Assembly: GCA_046563655.1 (NCBI GenBank)
Contig: CM102289.1
Span: forward strand, 3,100,001-3,164,000
DNA from: Yuukianura sp. NJ FZ-2021
Taxonomy: Eukaryota
Direction: 5' to 3'
DNA: 64,000 bases
This document shows, piece after piece, positions 10,917-25,163 of this stretch. Under the pieces are notes generated by a model. That model worked only from the letters and a program-made list of their open reading frames with translations. It did not search any database and was not told where the DNA came from. Position 1 is the first letter of the stretch; each line of letters opens with the position of its first letter. The position numbers were made by a program, and so were the translations under genes.

Positions 10917-12555
10917 ATGTCGGCTTTAACTTTCAAAATTGTAGCCGAATGTTCAGTTACCAAAGCCCGTGCTAGTCTAATGACGTTACCGCACAGTATA
11001 GTAGAAACTCCATGCTTTATGCCGGTCGGAACTCAGGTAAATTATCTTATTAAACTTTTGCCTGGGTTATATACGTTAAATTAACGATTACTTATAGGGC
11101 ACGATGAAGGGGATTCTTCCAGACCAATTGGAGTCACTGAACTGTAACATAATGCTCGGCAATACATATCATCTTGGGAACCGTCCTGTAAGGAACTGTG
11201 TAATCCTAAAACCTAAAATACGAGTTAGAGAGTATTTTTTTCTTTGCTAATGTGGTAGGGTCCAAAATTGCTGACTGCCGCTGGAGGATTACACAACTTT
11301 ATGAATTGGAAACGCAGTTTGTTGACAGATTCAGGTGGCTTTCAAATGGTCTCTCTACTAAAGTTGGCCGAAATAACAGAAGAAGGAGTCAAGTTCAAAA
11401 GTCCTTACGATGGTTCAGAGTGTATGTTAACACCAGAAGAATCTATTCAAATCCAAAATAAAATCGGAGCAGACATAATAATGCAGCTTGACGATGTTGT
11501 ATCGTCAACGACTACTGGAGAACGGGTTGTTGAAGCGATGCACAGGTTAGCTACCGGCATTATTCATTCATTTTAAGATCGGGTATTATTAACTCTCAGT
11601 GAATCAGATATATGTTTCTTAATGTAGAACAATTCGTTGGCTGGATAGGTGTATCGCTGCCCACCAACATCCTGATCGTCAGAACCTTTTTCCAATCGTT
11701 CAAGGTGGCCTGGACCCAAAATTACGGAAAGAATGCGCACTGGAACTTATAAAACGAAACACCCCGGGTTTTGCTATTGGGGGTTTAAGGTACTTTTCTT
11801 GGCACATTTACAATGTTCTTCCTGTGAAGTACTTGTCCTTGCATTAATTGTTTTTTACGGTTATATTACAATTCACAGTGGAGGAGAAGCGAAAGAAGAC
11901 TTTTGGAAAATGGTATCGATTTCGACGGATATCTTACCAAAAGACAAACCACGGTATCTAATGGGAGTCGGATTTAGCGAAGATCTAGTTGTTTGTTCTG
12001 CTCTTGGATGTGATATGTACGACTGTGTTTATCCTACCAGAACCGCAGTAAACTTAAATTATGATTATCAATTTAACTTAACCATGAACTTCTCTAAACA
12101 ATTTCTTTAACTTAGTATTTTTTTCCCTTTAGAGATTCGGAACAGCGCTTTTGTTCACCGGGCAAATCTCATTGAAACAGAAACAATTTGCTCAAGACTA
12201 TTCACCACTAGACGAAACCTGCGATTGCTCTACGTGTCGTACCTATACAAGGGCCTACATCCATGCAATTGCTACGCATGAAACAGTGGCTTGTCACTTG
12301 ATAAGCATTCACAACTTGGCATTTCAGGTGAGCGTGCCCCGCGTACAACTTCACTGAAAAGTTAGTCCGAATGTTCAAATCTATATACCGTGTTTTCATT
12401 TTTAGATGCGCTTGATGACTAGAATTCGCGACAGTATTAAAGAAAATCGGTTTCCTGATTTTGTTCGCGAATTTATGCTTGGACTTTATCCAGAAAGAAA
12501 TTATCCAGAGTGGTCGACGGCTGCTCTAAACTCAGTGGGAATTCAATTAGCGTAA
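10917..12555 (+). CDS. QTRT1: Queuine tRNA-ribosyltransferase catalytic subunit (multi-exon)
   Basis: Spliced exons give [19 protein letters not shown]…[15 protein letters not shown]…GNTYHLG…[12 protein letters not shown]…IVQGG…PRYLMGVG…[12 protein letters not shown]…CDCSTC…HNL. GT-AG introns. TAA at 12553-12555. Confidence 0.95.
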
Positions 12556-12695
12556 AAAATTTATTTAAGGCTATTCAATATTTTTGTACTGGGATGGGAT
12601 ACACTGTTGAATCCTTTTTTATAAATGTACTAATACAAGGAACGTCTGCGTGTAAGCAAGTAGTTCGTTTTTAGGCTTTAAAATTTTTTCTATTT

Positions 12696-13927
12696 TCAGT
12701 TCCAATTTTCATAAGGTTCAGTGGAGTTCGACTCTCTGAAAAATCCAAGTTTGTTGGGGCATTCCCTTATTGTTACAGTTCGAAAGTTAACTGTGACATC
12801 GGTGATTACGACATGGTCTGCAACGGGTTTTCTCTCCAGCCAAAATTCAGCAGGAATTGGATTTTCTTCTGGCGTAAAGGCATTGGTGTCTAATCGAACT
12901 GCCTCTTCACACAGAATCGCTTCTGAGTCTACTGGTCTCATGTTGTCTTCTTTTGAACTCGACGCCTTACGTTTCCGTTTCAGTTTTTTCTGTTTTGGAA
13001 CCTTCATGTTTTCTTGTGACTCGTGCCCATCTACGACCATTTCAGACTTGTCGCTGCTTGGAAACAAAGAGGATGTCACATTACTCTTTGAAATCAAATT
13101 ACTCTATTTCTATAGAGAGTTGAAGTCATGTGACTCCATAAGGTAATTCGATTTGGTCTTATTTTTTGTTCAAAAAAATATTGCAATTCCTTACGTAAGT
13201 TCCGAATTGGCTCTTGAATATTCGTTTTTATTAGAAGCAGGAAGTTCTGTTTGACCACTACCGTCATCATCTTCATCAGGGCATTCTTGTGGTTTTTCTT
13301 TTTTCACACTCGGCTGCTACAGTTAAATTAAAAAAAAACATAAGATTTTTTAACCTTAGGTTAAAGTTAATCTAACATAGTCTATAGTTTAGCGCTAATT
13401 CCCGTTACCTTTTTGTTTTTGGGTTTCGGCCCTCTTTTTGCTCCAGCAGGTTTCGGAATACTCGGTTTCAATTCCTGCTCGAAAGCTTGAATCAATCGTT
13501 CATCTAAAATGTTTTCTTGTGGTTCCCAAGTATTATACCTGATCATACAAAAATTCAAATTTTCAACGTCAATTTGAATCATTTGCTATTTTTCTTCTGA
13601 ATTTCAGTTTCCTAACTCACGCTGACGTCCATCCCTTCCATTTCACAAAGTACTCGATTTTGCCCTAGAGCGAAAAATTCTATTTAAAGAAGTTTCTACT
13701 AATTGCATTTTGTTTATTAAATTATGCATATCTTAGTTAATTAGATCAAGCCATGCAAATCTTTCCACCTTTTTTGTTTTCTTTTTATCCAAGATTCGTT
13801 CTGCTGCGAAAACGCTTTTTCCCAGTTGCGTCAGTTCCATCCGATCTTCTGGATTCGGCTAAAAAATGGTAATACACATAACGTTTAAGAAATTTGTGAA
13901 AAACTGATTTCTTTTTAAACTCACCAT
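12696..13927 (-). CDS. Pc: Polycomb-type chromobox protein (Pc/CBX family, multi-exon)
   Basis: The chromodomain VFAAERIL…[12 protein letters not shown]…[16 protein letters not shown] is split over exons, followed by KRGPKPK and a C-terminal Pc-box ([18 protein letters not shown]…GFF). The start is either ATG 13840 or an ATG-only first coding exon at 13927 followed by GTGAGT that splices in frame ([10 protein letters not shown]). Confidence 0.88.
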
Positions 13928-16900
13928 TTTGCCGTTGTTATTTTTATTTCTGTGTAGAAAGCGCTGAATAATCACAAATATTCGTTTGCTGGATGCTGCG
14001 GATCTGTTTCTTCGCCTGTTCAATGCCAATTTCGAACTGCAGTGTGGGGGCTAGAATCCGTTGAGTCCGCTGAACTTATACTGGAGGTTTAAAAGGACGT
14101 GTACAGAGAAAAACAAATTTTGCTGTGACATAATTCATCAAAGTACCCTTGGACGGATTGAGGGATGATTTTTTGTAGGGGATGGGGGATGATGGAAAGT
14201 AGGATTTTGGTTCCATTGTTCTGTGTACTTAGGTTTCCAGGTGCCTCTTTTCATACAGCTCTCTATGGAAACAGAAACAGGAAGGATACAGGGTTCCCGG
14301 GTACTTATGAACGGACTTACATGGGCAGGTATGGACGCTAAGTTTATTGCAGACCAGAATTTCCCATTGCAATCGTATAGAACCTTGCCATGCATGAGTG
14401 AAAGTCTATAATTCGCATCGACATTTGAGTGAAACGTGGTCCTTAAACATACGGCAGTACACAAGTGACCGGGCATTAGTGTCGGGTTATAGGCCTGATG
14501 CTGGTTCTGTAGGCTAAACAACACCGTAAAACGAGAAATAAGGGTTTTGAATACTGTTATTCGAAAATCGGAACAATTCTTTTATAACTCATACTCTTTC
14601 GGATATCATAAAATTCTGAAGATGTAGAATCCAATTGGCGATGATCACTTTGCAGATGCGTTTCTCTCAAAAAAAAAATTAATCCAGAAATTTCCATATA
14701 TTACTTATATAAATATATTTCCATATACAAATTTCAACACTCAAAACGAAAAATGTACGAAATATGATCTTGCAGACACACTCGAGTATTTGAAGATATT
14801 GAATTATAAGGCGCGTGCATTCGATAGGTGGAGAAAGTTGGCATTGATATTCGGAGTTCGAAGCACGTGGAAAGGAAATACACAATACATTTCAAATTAT
14901 TTTCATGTAATAAATCTCTTGAAATTCAATCGCTTTCGTTATTGCCTAACAGCGTACTATAACGTCTAGTGTTTCCATATCGAGTTGAACCTAAAAACTT
15001 TTCACCTCTAAAAACGAGTGTTTAAAAAAAAGAACAACTGGCGTTTTTTAATCCCACAAAATCTCTGTATTTGTGACATACCCACTGTAGTTAAAAACAA
15101 AGTTAAGTCTAAAGGCTTCTAAAGTAGCTCTAATTTCCAATTTATTTTTAGTTATAAAAAGCTTGACCAAATTGAACAAATTGGGTGTTGAAAAATTAAC
15201 CCGTGCAATAGCATCTATAAGTTTAGTTGTAAAATTGAACTCTAGAAACCAATTGCCTCTTGTTGGTTTTTCACTCGAGGTTAGAAATACTTTCAACTTT
15301 TAGCTACTCAAACACACATCAGTTTTGCTTATTTCATATTTCTTTTTTGGAACCAAGTTTAAGCTCCACATGTAAGTGTTTGTTTGATGAATAAGAGGAT
15401 TCCAGAGAATTGAGATAGGAATTTGCATCAGAAGGTTATTGATTACGCTGGAATTACCAATAATGTATGCACCCTCAGTTTTATCAACACTAAAAACTCA
15501 TAAGGTTTGAACTCCAAAACATTTGAATTTAAAACTTGTAGTGAATGTGGTTTCTACTAAATTCGCTTTTAGTTTCGTGCAATTTCGGTTCCTCTCTCTA
15601 AGCTTAAAATTGATCCGGAGTGAAACAAAATTCAAATTTAAGTGGAGGAGCGGATCCAAATCGCTTTTTTTTCAATTGTGACGTTATTGAAAACTTTAAT
15701 AAAACATTTTTTCAGTAAAAGCGGTTTCTGGAAAGTGACATGAGTACGATGCAACCCGGATGCTTTTGAATTTTGGAAACAAAAGTACAAAAGTAACATA
15801 AATTTTTGTTTGCTGTGCTTTTGTGTCAGTGAAGGTGAAATTTCGTCAAGGCGGATCTAAAAATTCAAAGTAAAATTCGTAGAAATTATTTAGATTGACT
15901 CAGCATACATCTCTACGGTATCTGTTTGACTTCAAAGCGCTTGTGAAAGTTCCCGTTCTTGAATGAGACTCTGAAGTTACCCGAATTCGGGTTTCGAAAT
16001 CTTCCCAGCGACAGAATCCGAAGTTCTAGGCTACATCCTTCCCACTTCCCGCTTCTCCTCACTGCTGCAAGGAGTCTGTTTAGACAAGGAAAAGTGTATA
16101 TGGTGATAAAGTTACAAGGCCACACAATCTAGCACCCAATCATAAAACAATATTAGGTTCACCAAACAGAACAGTGTTACACTTACTCCCTAGAAGTTAC
16201 CCTGAAAATATCCTATCGAGATGGATTTGGACAAGTGACAATTTGGAAAACCGATGTGAAATGACCTTTGACATTGAAGTTTGTCAAGGCCAAATCTACT
16301 TCAGTCCATAGTCAGTGATTTTTTCTTGAAGAATTAACTCCTGGTCTAATCTTCGCTTTTCCACCCCAGCCACTACCAAACAGAGTAAGTCAAATTTCAA
16401 AATTTAAAACTAACGGTTCTATATTCTTACTTTATTCTAAATTGCAAAATAACTTTGTCTCAAAGTGTGGAAAAATTGTGAACGTCAAAGTCAATAGAAG
16501 AACTTTGGTAATGTTCCAACACCTTGACTAGTATACACCATTCACACAATTTCATTGACATATTAACTGCATTGCCAAAAAAAAAATATCGACAAGCGAA
16601 TTCGAAAATTTTACCGATCCATGCTCGGATTGTAAAGTTCCCACGCTCAATACGCGTATTTGAAAATTCTTGCGCAGACAATTTACGCAATGAAGCATTA
16701 GAATTCAATTTCCTCCTTTCTATATGTGGACGACTAAATAAATTTTGGAAAAAAAACTTGTTGCCAGAAAAACAACTTAAATTAGTGTTAAACAGTTATT
16801 AATTTAGTTCAATCTATAGATTTTTAGTTCTAACCAGAGCAATTCAGAAATCAGGGATCTTTGTTGAGCTTAAACCCATTGTGATAATTTCATTCAAGGA

Positions 16901-17659
16901 AATTTGCTACGTACAAGAAGTTTTGCGGTTAGTTTTTAAATATTTTTTCCCGAATAGTTTTTTATAGATTCAAGTTATCAGATAATGCAACAGCGGCTTT
17001 AAATACTGTACCATGGCGTGATATTTTGAGAACTTAAATTACTACAGCATAAGCGCAAATAGAAGCAAGCAGTGTCACCGTGAAATTTTTTATCGACCGT
17101 GAAATAGATCGATTTCTTATTATTCCCTTATTGTTTACTTTCACTTTCCCGGCTTGTCTCTTTCTCCCTTATTTCCACCAAATTTATCAAACACCGCTCG
17201 TTGAAATAACCGGACTACAAATATTTATTTAGACTTTCCTTTCATTACTTAATTTGAAATTGTATGGTGACGTAATGATTTGGCTTGCTTAAAAAATCAA
17301 TTAAGATGAATTTTAGTAAATTAATAAACTTTTAACTTTGTCGAAATAGAAGGTGAACCTCTACTAAATATAAAAGCCACAGAAGTTGAGTGCACGTGAA
17401 ATTTTGTTTCCTGCGTTTTTGGTTTTATGAAATGGTTACGAACGGAAATGAAACGGCAGGTTTTGAAATTGAAAGTCTATTCGTAGAAATGTTCCAGCAA
17501 AAATTCAATTAAATTTTTCCCTGTTGAGGCTTTTACTGCGCTGAAAGGACACAGTGACTGGAGTGAATTGGGTTAGGCAGGCATTTGGACTAACTACGAC
17601 AATACTGTACTAAACCTAATTGAATTTCTTGTGACTCGTTGCTTTTAGATTCTTAGACA

Positions 17660-20600
17660 ATGGCTAAGTACAAGAGAGCTGATTTGGCAGAAGAAGAAGA
17701 CTCTGTCCATGTCAACGATGGAGACAACAACCACCTCAAAACACACGTCCTACCTATCCAGCCACTCGGAATATGGAAGGCTAGAACTAGTCTAGAGAAA
17801 GTCCTATTCACTTTCTCCTTCGTCGCATTCCTAGCCTTGTCAGTCTCTTTCGTCTGCATGCTGAAAGGATACAGAGGCTGGCATAATCTTCTACACAGTG
17901 CGCATGACGGTGAGGTTTACTTGATACTGGGACACTTTTGGACGGTTACTTGTTAACGGCATACCGATGGACAACTGTAACGAACACGAAACTCGAAACG
18001 ACACGACAAAAACTGCAGAAAAGCAGAGTTCGGTTCGTCAGTAACGGTCCATACAATTGCCGGTTCATGATTTACCGTCCACTTGTGTCCCGTTACGGTG
18101 TTGCTAAGATGAGGAATTACTATTTACGTCTATTTCTTAAACTTTTTTGCAGGTCAAGTTTGTTTGACTCCAACATGTGTAAAAATTGCGTCAACCATGT
18201 TGACATCGATGGATCTGACTGCAGATCCTTGCGAAGACTTTTACCAAGTAAAACTAACAAAAACAAAACAAGAATTGTATTATAATTATATAGTTTTATA
18301 TTGATATAAAAAATGAACTATAACGTAGCCTTGGCTATCGCCAATTGTACATTCATGTGAAATTTTGCGAATTTAAATTTATACAATACGCCTTACATTT
18401 TCATAATTGTAATACCTAAATATTATGTTAGAAATGTTTTTGTATTTTAGCCAAATTGTCTACTTTTCAGTACGCCTGCGGCGGTTGGGTTCGTTCTAAT
18501 CCAATTCCAGAGGGAAAATCCAATTGGGGCACGTTCCAGAAACTGTGGCAGGAGAACCAACTTGTTATTAAGCAAGCCCTGGGTAAGGACAAACAAAACT
18601 AAATAACTTTCATCATGAACGAGACAAAAGGCGCCTTCATTTAATTACATCTTCATTCCAAGTCTTAACCATCTCCTATTGTTTCCCTCTTCCGCTCCAA
18701 ATAATCTCAATGGAAAGCCCCAGGAATTAAATTAGTCTTTCTTTCTAAAGAAAATTTTCTACGTCAAAGATGCTTGCTTCTTTTTTTTTGCTTAAAAAGA
18801 CACATTTTTTCTAACAGGATTTTTGCTTTAACTACAACCTAACGCAATCCAAAAAATTAATTTGACATAGAGTTACAATTAACGTTTTAAAAAAAATGGT
18901 GTCTTTTTTATAGAAAAAGAAGGCAATCACAGCACGGGGGAGCAGAAGGCAAAGTGGTACTACCACTCCTGCCTTGACAAAAACGAAATTCAAGAAAAAC
19001 TTGGGAGTGAACCTATGATTCAGTTCCTAGCAAAAATAGGAGGTTGGTCAATTACCCCTGGAACTGGCTATTCCCTGGACAAATTTGATTTACAGGATAA
19101 GCTAAATTTACTACACAACGAATACAACATGGGGAGTCTTTTTTCTTGGGCGGTTGGAGAAGATGACCGGAATTCAACAAAACATGTCATTCAAGTAAAG
19201 AAAATTGGCAAATTTTTAGAATTTGGAGACAATTTTTAAAATTTTGGAATTTGATTTTTTTTAACGCTTTGTTTATTTCCAGATTGACCAAGGTGGACTG
19301 ACGTTGCCTACACGAGATTACTACCTCAACTCAACTCATGCGCATGTGATGGAGGCTTATCTAAAATACATGACACGCGTTGCTATGCTACTAGGAGCCA
19401 ACAACGACACTGCCACAATTGAAGCAATCAGAAATGTGATTGAATTTGAAAAAGAGCTTGCCAATATTACTGTGCCGTCGGAGGAAAGACGAGACGACGA
19501 AAAATTGTACCACGCCAAGAATATTTCGGAGCTCCAACTACTGGCACCAGTGGTAAAAACTAAAACTATGTACTGTAACTGACATCGTCAAAAAATGTCT
19601 TTAGAGCAATCCTCGGCAATATAAATTGAGGTTCATATTTTTTTTTATTTTTGAAAATTTTTGAGAATTTTTTGACGGCTCCGCTAGAATGCCATACTAA
19701 AACAAGCTTTACTCATGAAAATAATGAACCAATTTAAAATCCAATTCACACTTGTCACAATTTGTTCTCCTTAGATCTCCTGGAAGCAGTATTTTACAAA
19801 CGCCTTTAGCAAAGTGGCTCACGAGATCAAAGATGAGCATGTTGTTGTTATTTACGCGCCTGAGTACCTTGAGAAGATGTCACACTTGATTGAGACCAAG
19901 CTGAACACAACAGAAGGGAAAACTGTAGTGAACGACTACCTCGTTTGGCACATGGTGAAAACACTTACTAGTTGTCTCTCCAAAGCATTTCGTGAAGCGG
20001 AGAAAATTCTACGAAAAGCAATTTTGGGATCTGACGGTAGCTCATAAAAACTCTAAAATTTGAGTCATTTTTGAAATAGAGTATCATCAAAATTATACAT
20101 CGTTTGAAAAACATGATCTGTACAGGAACTGAAGAGACCTGGAGGACATGCGTCACGGATGTCAATAACAATCTTGGTTTTGCTGTCGGCGCCATGTTTA
20201 TTCGAGAAACTTTTCACAGTGACTCGAAGCCTTTGGCACAAGAAATGATCGAAGAAATTCGAACGGCGTTTCAACGGAACTTATGGAACTTAAAATGGAT
20301 GGACGACGAAACGCGAAATCTCGCAAGGGAAAAAGCAGGAGCAATTACCGGTATATAAAAAAATTGAAATTTATAAAAACAATTATTGCTGAGAAATGTT
20401 TGTTTACAGATATGATCGGATACCCGGATTTCATATTAATTCCGGATCAACTTGACAAAAAATATACCAAACTTGTTATTAATGAAACCGACTACTTTGG
20501 AAACAACATTCGGGTCAGCCAGTTCAGTTTACTTCAGAACTTGGAAAAATTATCTCAGCCGGTGAACCGTACGAAGTGGGGCATGACTCCACCTACTGTA

Positions 20601-21383
20601 AATGCTTATTACACACCCACCAGTAATCAAATGGTCATTCCAGCTGGTATCCTTCAATGGCCATTCTTTGATCCGCAATTTCCGAAGAGTGTGAACTTTG
20701 GGGCCATGGGTGTGGTCATGGGCCATGAACTGACGCATGCCTTCGACGACCAAGGTTAGCGAAATTCTAACGAAACGTTACACAAATAGTTACGCCATTA
20801 CATACGTTTACCATAATTGCATAATGTGTGCGTAGGGCGGGAATATGATAAGGACGGAAATTTGAATCAATGGTGGCAGAATGATACCGTGGAGCGGTTC
20901 AAGGCACAAACGGAATGTGTAGTTAAGCAGTATTCTTCCTACAAGATCGACGGTGAAAACGTAAATGGGAATACAACGATTGGTGAAAATATTGCCGACA
21001 ATGGTGGACTGAAAGCGTCTTTCCATGCATACAAGCAGTACAGCAGTGAGTGGGACCTACCGCTTCCAGGTCTCAATTTAACTCAGGATCAAATTTTCTT
21101 TCTCTCATTTGCACAAGTAAGCTTCAAATTTCGACAATACAATACACCACGTATTACACATTAATTTGTAGCAACAATGGACATATTTGTTATCTTTTGT
21201 ACTTAGGTCTGGTGCTCGTCTAGTCTAAAAGAGACGTTAATTTTGCAGCTACAAAATGATCCCCATGTTCCCGCTCCACTTCGTGTCCGTGGTCCAGTGT
21301 CCAACTTGCCCGAATTCGCAACGACTTATCGATGTAGCGTAGGTTCCCAAATGAATCCAGTCAAAAAGTGTACTGTTTGGTGA
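17660..21383 (+). CDS. Nep3: M13 metallopeptidase, neprilysin-3/endothelin-converting-enzyme-like (multi-exon)
   Basis: N-terminal TM anchor, CLTPTC…DPCEDFYQYACGGW, VNAYY, zinc motif HELTH, ENIADNGG, and C-terminal KCTVW with TGA at 21381-21383. Family assignment is secure; the exact orthologue is less so. Confidence 0.9.
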
Positions 21384-22557
21384 TTTTTGGCAGCTAGCTG
21401 CCTTTTGCTTTCAATTCAATGTTTGTAAAAGTTCAATGTGATCATTTTGCTACAATTTGCAACCAAAACTGTTTACTATCTTATTACTTTATAAAAGCAA
21501 ACGCGAATATAAAACTTGTTTTGGTTTTAGATGTTTTTAATATCGATGTGCATCTAGACATTGAAATTCGTAAAATTGCAACAAATAACAAACACATAGA
21601 ATTGGTTATCATACTCATAAGTTTAGAAATTTTAAGTTTTCAGAAGCTTTTGTGTTTCGTGTTAAGCAGACTTTCTGCATTATTTCCAACTTAAAATTAT
21701 TACGAAAAGTATATACGATAATGATAAGTACCTGAGCGGACGTATTAGAAATGTTAAGCTATGTGTACTCGCCATTCTTTTTTTTTTAAGTTTTGAAAAT
21801 GTCGTGTTGCTAAGATTCCCAAATAAAGTCGATATTCGAATGGTTCAGCTCTCGTGTAGTAAACACTTTGAGTTTCTTTAGCAGGTTGGGTAATACCTCC
21901 TGTTTTTCCGACTTTACAAGAAAAGTGTCTTTTCATTTCAGAGCATCGCAGTCATAACAATACAGCCGAATCTTTTAAGTTTTGCATACGAATTGGTACT
22001 TAGTTTTTTTGGAGTAATACCAATTGGTACTAACTTTTTTTTTCTTTTTTTTTTGTCAACAACCGAAGTAGTACTCAACCTGTTAAAGAAAATCAACCTT
22101 TTGTTGTCAAGGAAAAAGCTTTATTTCCGGCTATGAAAAGTACCGGTTGTCGTTTTTGCCGATTCGTTTATGTAATGGCATGGACCTTTTGAGTTACCGT
22201 AAAAAAATAGTTTACGAAACGGTTCGTGGTCACTAAAAGTTTTCGAAAGTATCATGACAAAATAGTTTACGATACAGTTCACTGTAAGTTTTCAAACTGG
22301 AAATAAATTTCATATACTTTTGACCTTCAAGTTTTTTTTCCTTTTTATTTTTTCAAAATGTTTAATTTTTTAAACCTTTTAGTATTGATTGCTATTTCTG
22401 TATCAGACATGGCAACTTAATTCAATAATCCTCAACCCAACGTTGCAATCGATTTAAAAAGCTGTCCAGAAAGTTCAGCGAATCGAAGATTAGAATTTGC
22501 TCATTCAGTTTTATATGCTAACTGCTAAACGTGGCACGGTTTTATTGCTGTTCTAAA

Positions 22558-23756
22558 ATGCCTTCTCTTGCTATTGATTTTGTACAACGTTCTCTTCATA
22601 ACGCTCATCAAACATATCAAAATCCACTAAAATGGAGTTGCAAGCTCAACCAGTATATGCTAGACGATTCAAAAACGTATCGCAAGCTATCAGGTTGCGT
22701 TTTGATCACCGATATCAATGCCGTTATGTACTGCATTGGCTTAGCGCTCGTCAACAACTCGAAGAACTTAAGTCCGTTATTAACTTCACTCTTGTTGGCT
22801 TACGGGTGCATGCTAACGCATTCAACTACACTGGATTTGCATGCGATTTGGAATGCAAAACTTTGGCAACAAGCGATGAACACTCTTCTACTCACGTCCG
22901 ATGAACGTAATGCACAAATCTCAACTCACAAATTTTTACTTACTTTTTCAAAGTTTGTTTTTCAATTTTAGATTATTGTATTTTTTGCCCTGCCTCAGAA
23001 CTGAGAAGTCTTGGTCTTTTGAAGTTTGGATATTTTGGGGCTCCAGTGTTAGCAACGATTTTCTTCTTTACGTCGGCAACTGTATTTTATGAGGACATTT
23101 CGTTGTTGATTGAGAAAATACTTTCGAGTATGTTTGAATTTCCGGCAAGTGGTAAAATTACGTTTTGGCTTACTGTATGCATCTGTATATTCACTTTCCT
23201 TTATCTTGGTGTCGTTACGTTCCTAATCACAATCAAATATGTTCAGCATTTCGTTATGGCACTCACGCTAAATGACTACGGTGTATTCTGGGTGTCACTT
23301 ATCCATCCAAAGTCTGAGAAGTCAAATCTACTACTAGGAATCTAGCGTTATCGCGTCATTTTCATTTTTTCGTCAATGATGTCTGAGCTTTTGATGTTAG
23401 AGTTTGGAGTATTTATAGCCATGGCGACAGCATTTAGCTCCATTTCGTTTGCACTTTCCATTCGGGTAGGAGTTTCACTTTTTGGTTTAGCAGTGCTAGC
23501 TACAGGGGCATCAGTGTTGGTTGCAATGAACCTCTTTCTGGAAACTTCTGCAAAAGCTCACTATTTGTCACAACGATATCTTTCTCAGTTGAAAACTTTG
23601 GTGGGAACAAGGAAACTGGAAGCCTTGGCAGCAAGGTCACTGCGACCTGCCTACGTGAAATGCGGAACACTGAACTACGTTGATCGTCATATGATTATGA
23701 CTGTAAATGCAAATGTTGTTGACTACATGGTAAATTTACTTCTCGTTCTTATGTAA
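22558..23756 (+). pseudogene. Multi-TM chemoreceptor-like (GR-like) gene copy 1 with one in-frame TAG
   Basis: Two exons (intron 22907-22971) join in frame. It is paralogous to 25164-26368 along its length. AAG of copy 2 is TAG here (23343-23345), with no other disablement seen. Confidence 0.7.
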
Positions 23757-25163
23757 ATCACCGTGAACGAAAATGTAATGGAGTAAAGCCAGTTTATTTA
23801 TTATTTTTAATTTTTAGTGCTGATAAGGCTAGCTAGTGGTTACTTATCTTTTCTCAGTCGGAATTGAAGAATGTCATTAGATCGATTTTTGTTGACCAAA
23901 ATTAACTGTTAATTATTAGAGCATATATAGTTTAAAATTAGTGGAAAACACATTACGATAGTAAGGATGTGGACTGCTGGATTATTTTTTTGTCTTGTAC
24001 TAGGTATAAATTCTTATTAATTTTAGCATAAAGCAGTGTCTACAAAATTTTAATTTTTTCTCCTAGAAAATTGGTAAGAAATTAATGTTGTTTTTGCCTG
24101 GAAAGCTTAACCTTTAAGGACAGAGTTTGGTGTGTTGTACAAGTATTATTGAATTTTGTTGAAGCGGACTTGTTAAAAACTGCCAATAATTTAAACGAGT
24201 CAAATATAGTGCAAAGACAAAGAGTTATACTTACAGAAAGAAAAAAAATCAATATATAAATGGTGTGCCATAAGTAAAGAGCTTTTTTTTTACCACACCT
24301 TTCTTTTTATGTAAAAGGTTTTATGTTTACTACATACAGAAAAAATACATTTACATACATATACAAGAATGTGTTTCAGAGGTAATTTTGTAAATTGCGG
24401 CTCTCAGAGAAGTGTTAAATTTCAACTCTACAACGTTCTTGATATGCTAATGAATAAACTAAACGTATCTCTTAAAACAGCGTCTCGGAATGCAATTTAT
24501 TTTGCTGGACTATTGAAACGTAGAAAGATAGAACAGTTCAAACGCTGAGGTTGTACAATTAGGTGCAAGGGAAATATGTATAGAAAAACCACTTTTCGAT
24601 TTCAATGTTTTCAACGTAAGTTCAGCTGAACATATTTGTTTCCTTGTACAAAAGTAATTTCGGATTTGGTCAATTAGCTTACTTCAAATTTCTTCAGAGT
24701 ATTTGCTATCCAAATAATGTCACACATTTTCGCTGTTTGGTTCAAACCAAATTTAACTGGAGAAAATCGCACGTTTAAATTTAACCGTAGTTTAACCGGC
24801 GTAGAATACAAGAATTTTGATACCTTGCATGCCAAAATTAGATGACGCATAATTAAGTTGATTGAGTTTAAAGGTGGAACTAGTTTTCATTAAACTTCGT
24901 TTAATTTTAAGCTGGAATGGCCGAACCGGGCATAAAAGTTTAAAAGTTTTTCTTTTTCTTGAATTTTTCATGTGTTTACTATTTAAAACCTTTTATTGCT
25001 ATAGTAGACAAGGCAACTTTAATTCGATAATCCACAACACACCTTTTTAATCGATTGAATAAGTTTTCCAGCACATTCTACGAACAGAAGCATATTAGAA
25101 TCCCTTCAGTTTTAGTATATGGTAGCTACACCAACGCTTACTCGCTTCTATTGCCGTTACAAC

